The position numbers and the translations under genes were made by a program. Below, in pieces: positions 16,596-24,430 of a stretch of DNA of 32,000 nucleotides. A model generated the notes under the pieces. The model did no database searches, was not told where the DNA came from, and worked only from the letters and a program-made list of their open reading frames with translations. Location: positions 570,001 through 602,000 of the forward strand of contig NZ_CP019964.1 of NCBI RefSeq assembly GCF_002214165.1, given 5' to 3'. Source of the stretch: Candidatus Saccharimonadota bacterium (lineage in GTDB: Archaea; Micrarchaeota; Micrarchaeia; Micrarchaeales; Micrarchaeaceae). How positions within the stretch are numbered: the first letter of the stretch is position 1; each line of letters begins with the position of its first letter.

Positions 16596-17096
16596 ATGAA
16601 CACTAAAGTTTATATTGACGATAAATTAGCCGAAAAGTGGAAAGAGCTAGCAATGAAACGCTTTGGGTATGGTAGAGGCTCAATAAGCAAAGCTGCGGAG
16701 GAAGCTCTATCAATGTGGGTAGAGAAAGAGCAAATAGTAACAACCGCATTTGAAAAGCTTAAAGAAGCCGCAATAGGTGAAAAGAATATATTAGCACTTC
16801 TTCTATTTGGAAGCTATGCAAGAAAAGAACCTTATCATGATATTGATATTGCAATAGTAATCGAAAGTAATGCAGATAAACTAAAAGTCTTATCTATTAT
16901 TGAAAGTTCTGTACCTGAAGAACCCAGATTTGATTTTTCCATATTCAACGATATGCCAATGAATATGAAAAGCAGAGTACTCAACGAATGTATAGTGATA
17001 TACAACAGAAAGGATTATGATCTAAAAGAGGTAAGTTCTGATATAATAATCAAATGGTCCGATATAAAGCCTATTATTGATTCTGCACTGGTGTAA
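16596..17096 (+). CDS. RHH-MNT nucleotidyltransferase antitoxin (copy 2)
   Basis: Protein identical to 14622..15122. Confidence 0.8.
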   Translation: MNTKVYIDDKLAEKWKELAMKRFGYGRGSISKAAEEALSMWVEKEQIVTTAFEKLKEAAIGEKNILALLLFGSYARKEPYHDIDIAIVIESNADKLKVLSIIESSVPEEPRFDFSIFNDMPMNMKSRVLNECIVIYNRKDYDLKEVSSDIIIKWSDIKPIIDSALV

Positions 17097-17098
17097 GC

Positions 17099-17518
17099 AT
17101 GATTGATACGGAGCGTATTGTTAGAAGACTTGCAGATATAAAGCATTATTCTAATGTATTAAGCAAAATAGTTCCCAACAATTATGATGATTATATAAAA
17201 TCGGACATCACCACCAAGGCTGCTGTTGAAAGATATTTACAACTAATAAATGATTTGGAGTTGGAGGTACTTGTACTCGCATACAAAGGTCTTGATTTAG
17301 GCATATCTGGAGGTGATGATTCACTTGTAAATAAATTTAACGATCTACTCAGTAAAAAAGCAATAGAGGGATTTAAAAAAAGAAGATCGCTGAGAAACAT
17401 ATTAGTACACGCTTATTTTGAAATGCATTACGACAAGGACACTTTCAATCAGGCAAACGATCTCAGCGATATTAAAGATTTTGTAAAAGGCATAAGATTA
17501 ATTTTGGAAAAGCAATAA
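17099..17518 (+). CDS. HEPN/HepT toxin (copy 2)
   Basis: Protein identical to 15125..15544. Confidence 0.8.
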   Translation: MIDTERIVRRLADIKHYSNVLSKIVPNNYDDYIKSDITTKAAVERYLQLINDLELEVLVLAYKGLDLGISGGDDSLVNKFNDLLSKKAIEGFKKRRSLRNILVHAYFEMHYDKDTFNQANDLSDIKDFVKGIRLILEKQ

Positions 17519-17578
17519 TTTAATTCACAAAACAAAATTAAAGTTTAAATAATTTTATAACATAACAATTCTGATATA

Positions 17579-18439
17579 ATGAAGTCCCAATCCGCAATGG
17601 AATACCTGATGACATACGGATGGGCAATCCTTGTCATTGCGGTTGTTCTTGCAGCATTATACTCTTTAGGTATATTCAATCCAAGCACATTTGCTCCAAA
17701 AGCATCCGCAGGTTCCTGCGAGGTTGTACGACCTTTCGGTCCAACTACAACAACGGATGTTCATCTTGAGGGAACGTGCACCAACATGCTTCCTAAATAT
17801 GTTGCAAGTTTCAATGGAGCTGATAGTGGCATAACAATAAGTTCACCATCTGAATTTCCTGCCAGTTCTGAGCCAGGAATAAGTATTTTTGTTTGGATAA
17901 AAACAACAAGATCTAGCGAGGGTGTGTTTGAGTACTATTCCCCGTCAAACAATATATGTGAAGGTAGTGTAAGATTAGAAGTATCCCCTAAACTACAAGC
18001 AGATTTTTCATGTGATGCTATATCTAATGGACCAGTGTTAGACAACAACACTTGGAATTTTGTTGGTTGGACTCTTAAGAGCGGTACATCTAAGGTAATA
18101 CTTTATGTAAATGGAATACCATATGGTCCATATCAAATTACCCCAATCAACGTTCCCACAACTGGCTTAGAAGGGTTAATAGGTGCTCCATATCCTGGTT
18201 GGCCATATTATTATGGTTCAATGTCAAATGTTCAACTTTACAACACAGCTCTTTCATCAAATCAAATTACTGCTCTTTACGATGAAGGTATCGGAGGTGA
18301 TCCAATTGATTTACAAAATCTTGTTGGCTGGTGGCCACTTAATGGCAATTCAAACGACTATTCTGGGAATAATAACAACGGAAAAGCAACAAATATCGCA
18401 TATTCATCAACTTGGTACAGAACATATTCCGCACCTTAA
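17579..18439 (+). CDS. class III signal peptide + LamG/ConA-like domain protein, core type B (array copy 3)
   Basis: Protein identical to copy 2. Confidence 0.85.
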   Translation: MKSQSAMEYLMTYGWAILVIAVVLAALYSLGIFNPSTFAPKASAGSCEVVRPFGPTTTTDVHLEGTCTNMLPKYVASFNGADSGITISSPSEFPASSEPGISIFVWIKTTRSSEGVFEYYSPSNNICEGSVRLEVSPKLQADFSCDAISNGPVLDNNTWNFVGWTLKSGTSKVILYVNGIPYGPYQITPINVPTTGLEGLIGAPYPGWPYYYGSMSNVQLYNTALSSNQITALYDEGIGGDPIDLQNLVGWWPLNGNSNDYSGNNNNGKATNIAYSSTWYRTYSAP

Positions 18440-18538
18440 TTAATCAGAAAATTAAATCCAATAAAGTTTCGATTAATGGTACTGCCAAATAATTTTCAAT
18501 ATTCAATTATAGTACTCACGGAATTCAATTAATAAGGT

Positions 18539-18567
18539 ATAAATATCTTTATCCATAAATATCTTTA
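18539..18567 (+). promoter_or_regulatory. tandem 13-bp direct repeat upstream of MNT (copy 3)
   Basis: Same sequence as 14591..14619, shifted by 2 x 1974 bp. Confidence 0.45.
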
Positions 18568-18569
18568 AT

Positions 18570-19070
18570 ATGAACACTAAAGTTTATATTGACGATAAAT
18601 TAGCCGAAAAGTGGAAAGAGCTAGCAATGAAACGCTTTGGGTATGGTAGAGGCTCAATAAGCAAAGCTGCGGAGGAAGCTCTATCAATGTGGGTAGAGAA
18701 AGAGCAAATAGTAACAACCGCATTTGAAAAGCTTAAAGAAGCCGCAATAGGTGAAAAGAATATATTAGCACTTCTTCTATTTGGAAGCTATGCAAGAAAA
18801 GAACCTTATCATGATATTGATATTGCAATAGTAATCGAAAGTAATGCAGATAAACTAAAAGTCTTATCTATTATTGAAAGTTCTGTACCTGAAGAACCCA
18901 GATTTGATTTTTCCATATTCAACGATATGCCAATGAATATGAAAAGCAGAGTACTCAACGAATGTATAGTGATATACAACAGAAAGGATTATGATCTAAA
19001 AGAGGTAAGTTCTGATATAATAATCAAATGGTCCGATATAAAGCCTATTATTGATTCTGCACTGGTGTAA
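18570..19070 (+). CDS. RHH-MNT nucleotidyltransferase antitoxin (copy 3)
   Basis: Protein identical to 14622..15122. Confidence 0.8.
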   Translation: MNTKVYIDDKLAEKWKELAMKRFGYGRGSISKAAEEALSMWVEKEQIVTTAFEKLKEAAIGEKNILALLLFGSYARKEPYHDIDIAIVIESNADKLKVLSIIESSVPEEPRFDFSIFNDMPMNMKSRVLNECIVIYNRKDYDLKEVSSDIIIKWSDIKPIIDSALV

Positions 19071-19072
19071 GC

Positions 19073-19492
19073 ATGATTGATACGGAGCGTATTGTTAGAA
19101 GACTTGCAGATATAAAGCATTATTCTAATGTATTAAGCAAAATAGTTCCCAACAATTATGATGATTATATAAAATCGGACATCACCACCAAGGCTGCTGT
19201 TGAAAGATATTTACAACTAATAAATGATTTGGAGTTGGAGGTACTTGTACTCGCATACAAAGGTCTTGATTTAGGCATATCTGGAGGTGATGATTCACTT
19301 GTAAATAAATTTAACGATCTACTCAGTAAAAAAGCAATAGAGGGATTTAAAAAAAGAAGATCGCTGAGAAACATATTAGTACACGCTTATTTTGAAATGC
19401 ATTACGACAAGGACACTTTCAATCAGGCAAACGATCTCAGCGATATTAAAGATTTTGTAAAAGGCATAAGATTAATTTTGGAAAAGCAATAA
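19073..19492 (+). CDS. HEPN/HepT toxin (copy 3)
   Basis: Protein identical to 15125..15544. Confidence 0.8.
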   Translation: MIDTERIVRRLADIKHYSNVLSKIVPNNYDDYIKSDITTKAAVERYLQLINDLELEVLVLAYKGLDLGISGGDDSLVNKFNDLLSKKAIEGFKKRRSLRNILVHAYFEMHYDKDTFNQANDLSDIKDFVKGIRLILEKQ

Positions 19493-19552
19493 TTTAATTC
19501 ACAAAACAAAATTAAAGTTTAAATAATTTTATAACATAACAATTCTGATATA

Positions 19553-20413
19553 ATGAAGTCCCAATCCGCAATGGAATACCTGATGACATACGGATGGGCA
19601 ATCCTTGTCATTGCGGTTGTTCTTGCAGCATTATACTCTTTAGGTATATTCAATCCAAGCACATTTGCTCCAAAAGCATCCGCAGGTTCCTGCGAGGTTG
19701 TACGACCTTTCGGTCCAACTACAACAACGGATGTTCATCTTGAGGGAACGTGCACCAACATGCTTCCTAAATATGTTGCAAGTTTCAATGGAGCTGATAG
19801 TGGCATAACAATAAGTTCACCATCTGAATTTCCTGCCAGTTCTGAGCCAGGAATAAGTATTTTTGTTTGGATAAAAACAACAAGATCTAGCGAGGGTGTG
19901 TTTGAGTACTATTCCCCGTCAAACAATATATGTGAAGGTAGTGTAAGATTAGAAGTATCCCCTAAACTACAAGCAGATTTTTCATGTGATGCTATATCTA
20001 ATGGACCAGTGTTAGACAACAACACTTGGAATTTTGTTGGTTGGACTCTTAAGAGCGGTACATCTAAGGTAATACTTTATGTAAATGGAATACCATATGG
20101 TCCATATCAAATTACCCCAATCAACGTTCCCACAACTGGCTTAGAAGGGTTAATAGGTGCTCCATATCCTGGTTGGCCATATTATTATGGTTCAATGTCA
20201 AATGTTCAACTTTACAACACAGCTCTTTCATCAAATCAAATTACTGCTCTTTACGATGAAGGTATCGGAGGTGATCCAATTGATTTACAAAATCTTGTTG
20301 GCTGGTGGCCACTTAATGGCAATTCAAACGACTATTCTGGGAATAATAACAACGGAAAAGCAACAAATATCGCATATTCATCAACTTGGTACAGAACATA
20401 TTCCGCACCTTAA
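19553..20413 (+). CDS. class III signal peptide + LamG/ConA-like domain protein, core type B (array copy 4)
   Basis: Protein identical to copy 2. Confidence 0.85.
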   Translation: MKSQSAMEYLMTYGWAILVIAVVLAALYSLGIFNPSTFAPKASAGSCEVVRPFGPTTTTDVHLEGTCTNMLPKYVASFNGADSGITISSPSEFPASSEPGISIFVWIKTTRSSEGVFEYYSPSNNICEGSVRLEVSPKLQADFSCDAISNGPVLDNNTWNFVGWTLKSGTSKVILYVNGIPYGPYQITPINVPTTGLEGLIGAPYPGWPYYYGSMSNVQLYNTALSSNQITALYDEGIGGDPIDLQNLVGWWPLNGNSNDYSGNNNNGKATNIAYSSTWYRTYSAP

Positions 20414-20512
20414 TTAATCAGAAAATTAAATCCAATAAAGTTTCGATTAATGGTACTGCCAAATAATTTTCAATATTCAATTATAGTACTCACGGAATTC
20501 AATTAATAAGGT

Positions 20513-20541
20513 ATAAATATCTTTATCCATAAATATCTTTA
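20513..20541 (+). promoter_or_regulatory. tandem 13-bp direct repeat upstream of MNT (copy 4)
   Basis: Same sequence as 14591..14619, shifted by 3 x 1974 bp. Confidence 0.45.
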
Positions 20542-20543
20542 AT

Positions 20544-21044
20544 ATGAACACTAAAGTTTATATTGACGATAAATTAGCCGAAAAGTGGAAAGAGCTAGCA
20601 ATGAAACGCTTTGGGTATGGTAGAGGCTCAATAAGCAAAGCTGCGGAGGAAGCTCTATCAATGTGGGTAGAGAAAGAGCAAATAGTAACAACCGCATTTG
20701 AAAAGCTTAAAGAAGCCGCAATAGGTGAAAAGAATATATTAGCACTTCTTCTATTTGGAAGCTATGCAAGAAAAGAACCTTATCATGATATTGATATTGC
20801 AATAGTAATCGAAAGTAATGCAGATAAACTAAAAGTCTTATCTATTATTGAAAGTTCTGTACCTGAAGAACCCAGATTTGATTTTTCCATATTCAACGAT
20901 ATGCCAATGAATATGAAAAGCAGAGTACTCAACGAATGTATAGTGATATACAACAGAAAGGATTATGATCTAAAAGAGGTAAGTTCTGATATAATAATCA
21001 AATGGTCCGATATAAAGCCTATTATTGATTCTGCACTGGTGTAA
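20544..21044 (+). CDS. RHH-MNT nucleotidyltransferase antitoxin (copy 4)
   Basis: Protein identical to 14622..15122. Confidence 0.8.
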   Translation: MNTKVYIDDKLAEKWKELAMKRFGYGRGSISKAAEEALSMWVEKEQIVTTAFEKLKEAAIGEKNILALLLFGSYARKEPYHDIDIAIVIESNADKLKVLSIIESSVPEEPRFDFSIFNDMPMNMKSRVLNECIVIYNRKDYDLKEVSSDIIIKWSDIKPIIDSALV

Positions 21045-21046
21045 GC

Positions 21047-21466
21047 ATGATTGATACGGAGCGTATTGTTAGAAGACTTGCAGATATAAAGCATTATTCT
21101 AATGTATTAAGCAAAATAGTTCCCAACAATTATGATGATTATATAAAATCGGACATCACCACCAAGGCTGCTGTTGAAAGATATTTACAACTAATAAATG
21201 ATTTGGAGTTGGAGGTACTTGTACTCGCATACAAAGGTCTTGATTTAGGCATATCTGGAGGTGATGATTCACTTGTAAATAAATTTAACGATCTACTCAG
21301 TAAAAAAGCAATAGAGGGATTTAAAAAAAGAAGATCGCTGAGAAACATATTAGTACACGCTTATTTTGAAATGCATTACGACAAGGACACTTTCAATCAG
21401 GCAAACGATCTCAGCGATATTAAAGATTTTGTAAAAGGCATAAGATTAATTTTGGAAAAGCAATAA
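21047..21466 (+). CDS. HEPN/HepT toxin (copy 4)
   Basis: Protein identical to 15125..15544. Confidence 0.8.
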   Translation: MIDTERIVRRLADIKHYSNVLSKIVPNNYDDYIKSDITTKAAVERYLQLINDLELEVLVLAYKGLDLGISGGDDSLVNKFNDLLSKKAIEGFKKRRSLRNILVHAYFEMHYDKDTFNQANDLSDIKDFVKGIRLILEKQ

Positions 21467-21526
21467 TTTAATTCACAAAACAAAATTAAAGTTTAAATAA
21501 TTTTATAACATAACAATTCTGATATA

Positions 21527-22417
21527 ATGAAGTCCCAATCCGCAATGGAATACCTGATGACATACGGATGGGCAATCCTTGTCATTGCGGTTGTTCTTGC
21601 AGCATTATACTCTTTAGGTATATTCAATCCTTCTTCTTTTGCTCCAAAGGCATCGGCAGGATCCTGCGAAGTTGTAAGACCCTTCGGTCCAACCACAAGT
21701 ACTGATGTTCATCTTGAGGGAACGTGCACCAACATGCTTCCAAAGTATGTTGCAAGTTTAAATGGCAATGATGGTTACGTATATTCAAATATAAGCAGTT
21801 TACCAGAGGGTAAACAGCCAAGAACAGTTATTGTATGGTTTTATTTGACCGCTGAACCATCAACTAGTAATGGGCAATCTGCAATATTTGCTTATGGTAC
21901 TGCAAATACCTGCGATGAAACCTTTTGGGTTTCTGCAACAACACCAAGTTCTACTTGTGATAACAGTGAATTATTTATTGATAATTGGTGCACATGCCAA
22001 AGTTTTCCAGATGTCCCAACAATTAGTTTAGATCGTTGGTATTTTGTTGCAGACGAATATAATGGAACTTACCAGATTGGTTACTTAAGTGATAATGGTT
22101 CTATTATATCAATCAATTCGCAACAATTAGGAGTTAATACTGGAGAATCTCCTTTTTATATAGGTTACTGGACAGTGAGAGGATATTTTCCAGGCATGAT
22201 TGCCAATTTGCAAATATACAATAAATCCCTTTCATCAAATCAAATTAGTGCACTTTACGATGAAGGCATAGGCGGCGACCCAATCGACCTTACACATTTA
22301 GTTGCATGGTACCCCCTAAATGGCAATGCACAAGATTATTCAGGAAATAATTATAATGGAAAAGCATTCAATGTCTCATATTCCTCAACCTGGTACAGAA
22401 CATATTCCGCACCTTAA
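21527..22417 (+). CDS. class III signal peptide + LamG/ConA-like domain protein, core type C
   Basis: Same N-module; its first 104 nt are identical to array copies 2-4. The core is distinct (RTVIVWFYLT, DRWYFVADEYNGTYQIGYLSDNG, GMIANLQIYNKSLSSNQISALY). The C-module is ...DLTHLVAWYPLNGNAQDYSGNNYNGKAFNVSYSSTWYRTYSAP. Confidence 0.85.
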   Translation: MKSQSAMEYLMTYGWAILVIAVVLAALYSLGIFNPSSFAPKASAGSCEVVRPFGPTTSTDVHLEGTCTNMLPKYVASLNGNDGYVYSNISSLPEGKQPRTVIVWFYLTAEPSTSNGQSAIFAYGTANTCDETFWVSATTPSSTCDNSELFIDNWCTCQSFPDVPTISLDRWYFVADEYNGTYQIGYLSDNGSIISINSQQLGVNTGESPFYIGYWTVRGYFPGMIANLQIYNKSLSSNQISALYDEGIGGDPIDLTHLVAWYPLNGNAQDYSGNNYNGKAFNVSYSSTWYRTYSAP

Positions 22418-24143
22418 TAAATTAATTTTTAATACTTTATAACAAAACAATTCTGATATAATGAAGTCCCAATCCGCAATGGAGTACCTGATGACGTATG
22501 GATGGGCAATCCTTGTCATTGCAGTTGTTCTTGCAGCACTATATTCTCTCGGAATCTTCAATCCAAGCACTTTTGCCCCAAAAGCATCTGCAGGATCATG
22601 TGAGGTTGTCCGGCCTTTTGGTCCGACTACAACTACAGATATCCATCTTGAAGGCACCTGCACCAACATGCTTCCTAAATATGTAGCGCAGTTTAATGGA
22701 AAGGGAAGCACAGGGATAACACTTAACACATATAACTTCAACACTACACCGTTTACAATATCTTTCTGGGAATATTATTTAGGATATACCACTTGTTATA
22801 CATCTAGTAATGGGGGCAATTGCGGTGAAAATGTAACTATGTATATAAATCCTAATAAATGTAGCTCTACCCCTAATTATCTGTGTGTTATAGATTTTGA
22901 CCTTAGAACTACAAGCTTGCATTGGTTTACATGGGATAGGGATATTTTTTACCCAGTCCAAACTGGAAAATGGCTCTTTATTACATGGACTTATAACCCA
23001 GCAAATAAAAACAATATTTCTGCTTACTTAAATGGAAAGTTTGTTGGTGGAAATACAGGCAGCAATGTTGTGTTAGATGGACAAATAGAACTTGGAGAAG
23101 GCGGCAGTATGGGAAGCATAGATGGATATGTATCTAATTTCCAAATCTATAACTCCTCCCTTTCAGCAAATCAAATTAGTGCACTTTACGATGAAGGCAT
23201 AGGCGGCGACCCAATCGACCTTACACATTTAGTTGCATGGTACCCCCTAAATGGCAATGCACAAGATTATTCAGGAAATAATTATAATGGAAAAGCATTC
23301 AATGTCTCATATTCCTCAACCTGGTACAGAACATATTCCGCACCTTAATAAATTAATTTTTAATACTTTATAACAAAACAATTCTGATATAATGAAGTCC
23401 CAATCCGCAATGGAGTACCTGATGACGTATGGATGGGCAATCCTTGTCATTGCAGTTGTTCTTGCAGCACTATATTCTCTCGGAATCTTCAATCCAAGCA
23501 CTTTTGCCCCAAAAGCATCTGCAGGATCATGTGAGGTTGTCCGGCCTTTTGGTCCGACTACAACTACAGATATCCATCTTGAAGGCACCTGCACCAACAT
23601 GCTTCCTAAATATGTAGCGCAGTTTAATGGAAAGGGAAGCACAGGGATAACACTTAACACATATAACTTCAACACTACACCGTTTACAATATCTTTCTGG
23701 GAATATTATTTAGGATATACCACTTGTTATACATCTAGTAATGGGGGCAATTGCGGTGAAAATGTAACTATGTATATAAATCCTAATAAATGTAGCTCTA
23801 CCCCTAATTATCTGTGTGTTATAGATTTTGACCTTAGAACTACAAGCTTGCATTGGTTTACATGGGATAGGGATATTTTTTACCCAGTCCAAACTGGAAA
23901 ATGGCTCTTTATTACATGGACTTATAACCCAGCAAATAAAAACAATATTTCTGCTTACTTAAATGGAAAGTTTGTTGGTGGAAATACAGGCAGCAATGTT
24001 GTGTTAGATGGACAAATAGAACTTGGAGAAGGCGGCAGTATGGGAAGCATAGATGGATATGTATCTAATTTCCAAATCTATAACTCCTCCCTTTCAGCAA
24101 ATCAAATTAGTGCACTTTACGATGAAGGCATAGGCGGCGACCC
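22236..24143 (+). repeat. tandem duplication, 2 copies (plus about 40 bp of a third) of a 931-bp unit
   Basis: CAAATTAGTGCACTTTACGATGAAGGCATAGGCGGCGACCC recurs at 22241, 23172 and 24103 (spacing 931 bp). Gene starts 22461 and 23392 are also 931 bp apart. The unit runs from the 3' module of one LamG gene to the same point in the next. Confidence 0.9.
22461..23348 (+). CDS. class III signal peptide + LamG/ConA-like domain protein, core type D (copy 1)
   Basis: Same N-module but with many synonymous differences from type B and C genes. Core strands are FTISFWEYY, GKWLFITWTYNPANKNNISAYLNGKFV and GYVSNFQIYNSSLSANQISALY. The last 43 aa or so and the downstream spacer are identical to those of 21527..22417. 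Confidence 0.85.
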   Translation: MKSQSAMEYLMTYGWAILVIAVVLAALYSLGIFNPSTFAPKASAGSCEVVRPFGPTTTTDIHLEGTCTNMLPKYVAQFNGKGSTGITLNTYNFNTTPFTISFWEYYLGYTTCYTSSNGGNCGENVTMYINPNKCSSTPNYLCVIDFDLRTTSLHWFTWDRDIFYPVQTGKWLFITWTYNPANKNNISAYLNGKFVGGNTGSNVVLDGQIELGEGGSMGSIDGYVSNFQIYNSSLSANQISALYDEGIGGDPIDLTHLVAWYPLNGNAQDYSGNNYNGKAFNVSYSSTWYRTYSAP

Positions 24144-24279
24144 TATCGATTTAACGAATCTTGTAGGCTGGTGGCCATTGAACGGCAATGCAAACGACTA
24201 TTCAGGCAATGATTATAACGGTAAAGGGGTTGACGTAGGCTATTCACCAACATGGTACAGAACCTATTCAGCGCCTTAA
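23392..24279 (+). CDS. class III signal peptide + LamG/ConA-like domain protein, core type D (copy 2, different C-module variant)
   Basis: Identical to 22461..23348 until GGDPIDLT. It then switches to NLVGWWPLNGNANDYSGNDYNGKGVDVGYSPTWYRTYSAP. Confidence 0.85.
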   Translation: MKSQSAMEYLMTYGWAILVIAVVLAALYSLGIFNPSTFAPKASAGSCEVVRPFGPTTTTDIHLEGTCTNMLPKYVAQFNGKGSTGITLNTYNFNTTPFTISFWEYYLGYTTCYTSSNGGNCGENVTMYINPNKCSSTPNYLCVIDFDLRTTSLHWFTWDRDIFYPVQTGKWLFITWTYNPANKNNISAYLNGKFVGGNTGSNVVLDGQIELGEGGSMGSIDGYVSNFQIYNSSLSANQISALYDEGIGGDPIDLTNLVGWWPLNGNANDYSGNDYNGKGVDVGYSPTWYRTYSAP

Positions 24280-24430
24280 AGCAATCTCGAATCTTCATTT
24301 GAATGCATCGTTTACGATTTGCCTTTTTATCGATGCAATAGTTCACCAGCTGTTCACTATTAATTCCAATTATAAAAGCAGATCACGGCTCACATATCAC
24401 GAAATACAGCACAGGAATAAAAACAGTCCG

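Larger units (their letters stand above)
13604..21630 (+). repeat. tandem amplification: 4 full copies (plus about 130 bp of a fifth) of a 1974-bp unit = LamG paralog + MNT + HepT
   Basis: Gene starts at 13631/15605/17579/19553/21527 are spaced exactly 1974 bp apart. Proteins of copies 2-4 are identical in the track. Copy 1 differs only within about the first 170 nt of the LamG gene. Identity continues 104 nt into the gene at 21527. Confidence 0.95.

Noticed and set aside
13604-24143. Regular periodic repeats that might be taken for a CRISPR array or a satellite.
   Set aside because: The periods are 1974 bp and 931 bp and consist of complete protein-coding units. There are no short repeat-spacer alternations and no cas genes.
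24280-24430. Possible small RNA or tRNA in the convergent gap between the last type D gene and xpd, and in other gaps (542..600, 2684..2751, 7557..7663, 10976..11303).
   Set aside because: I could not fold any cloverleaf (no GTTC-type T-arm with a matching acceptor stem) or find any conserved RNA motif. The gaps look like plain terminator or promoter spacers.
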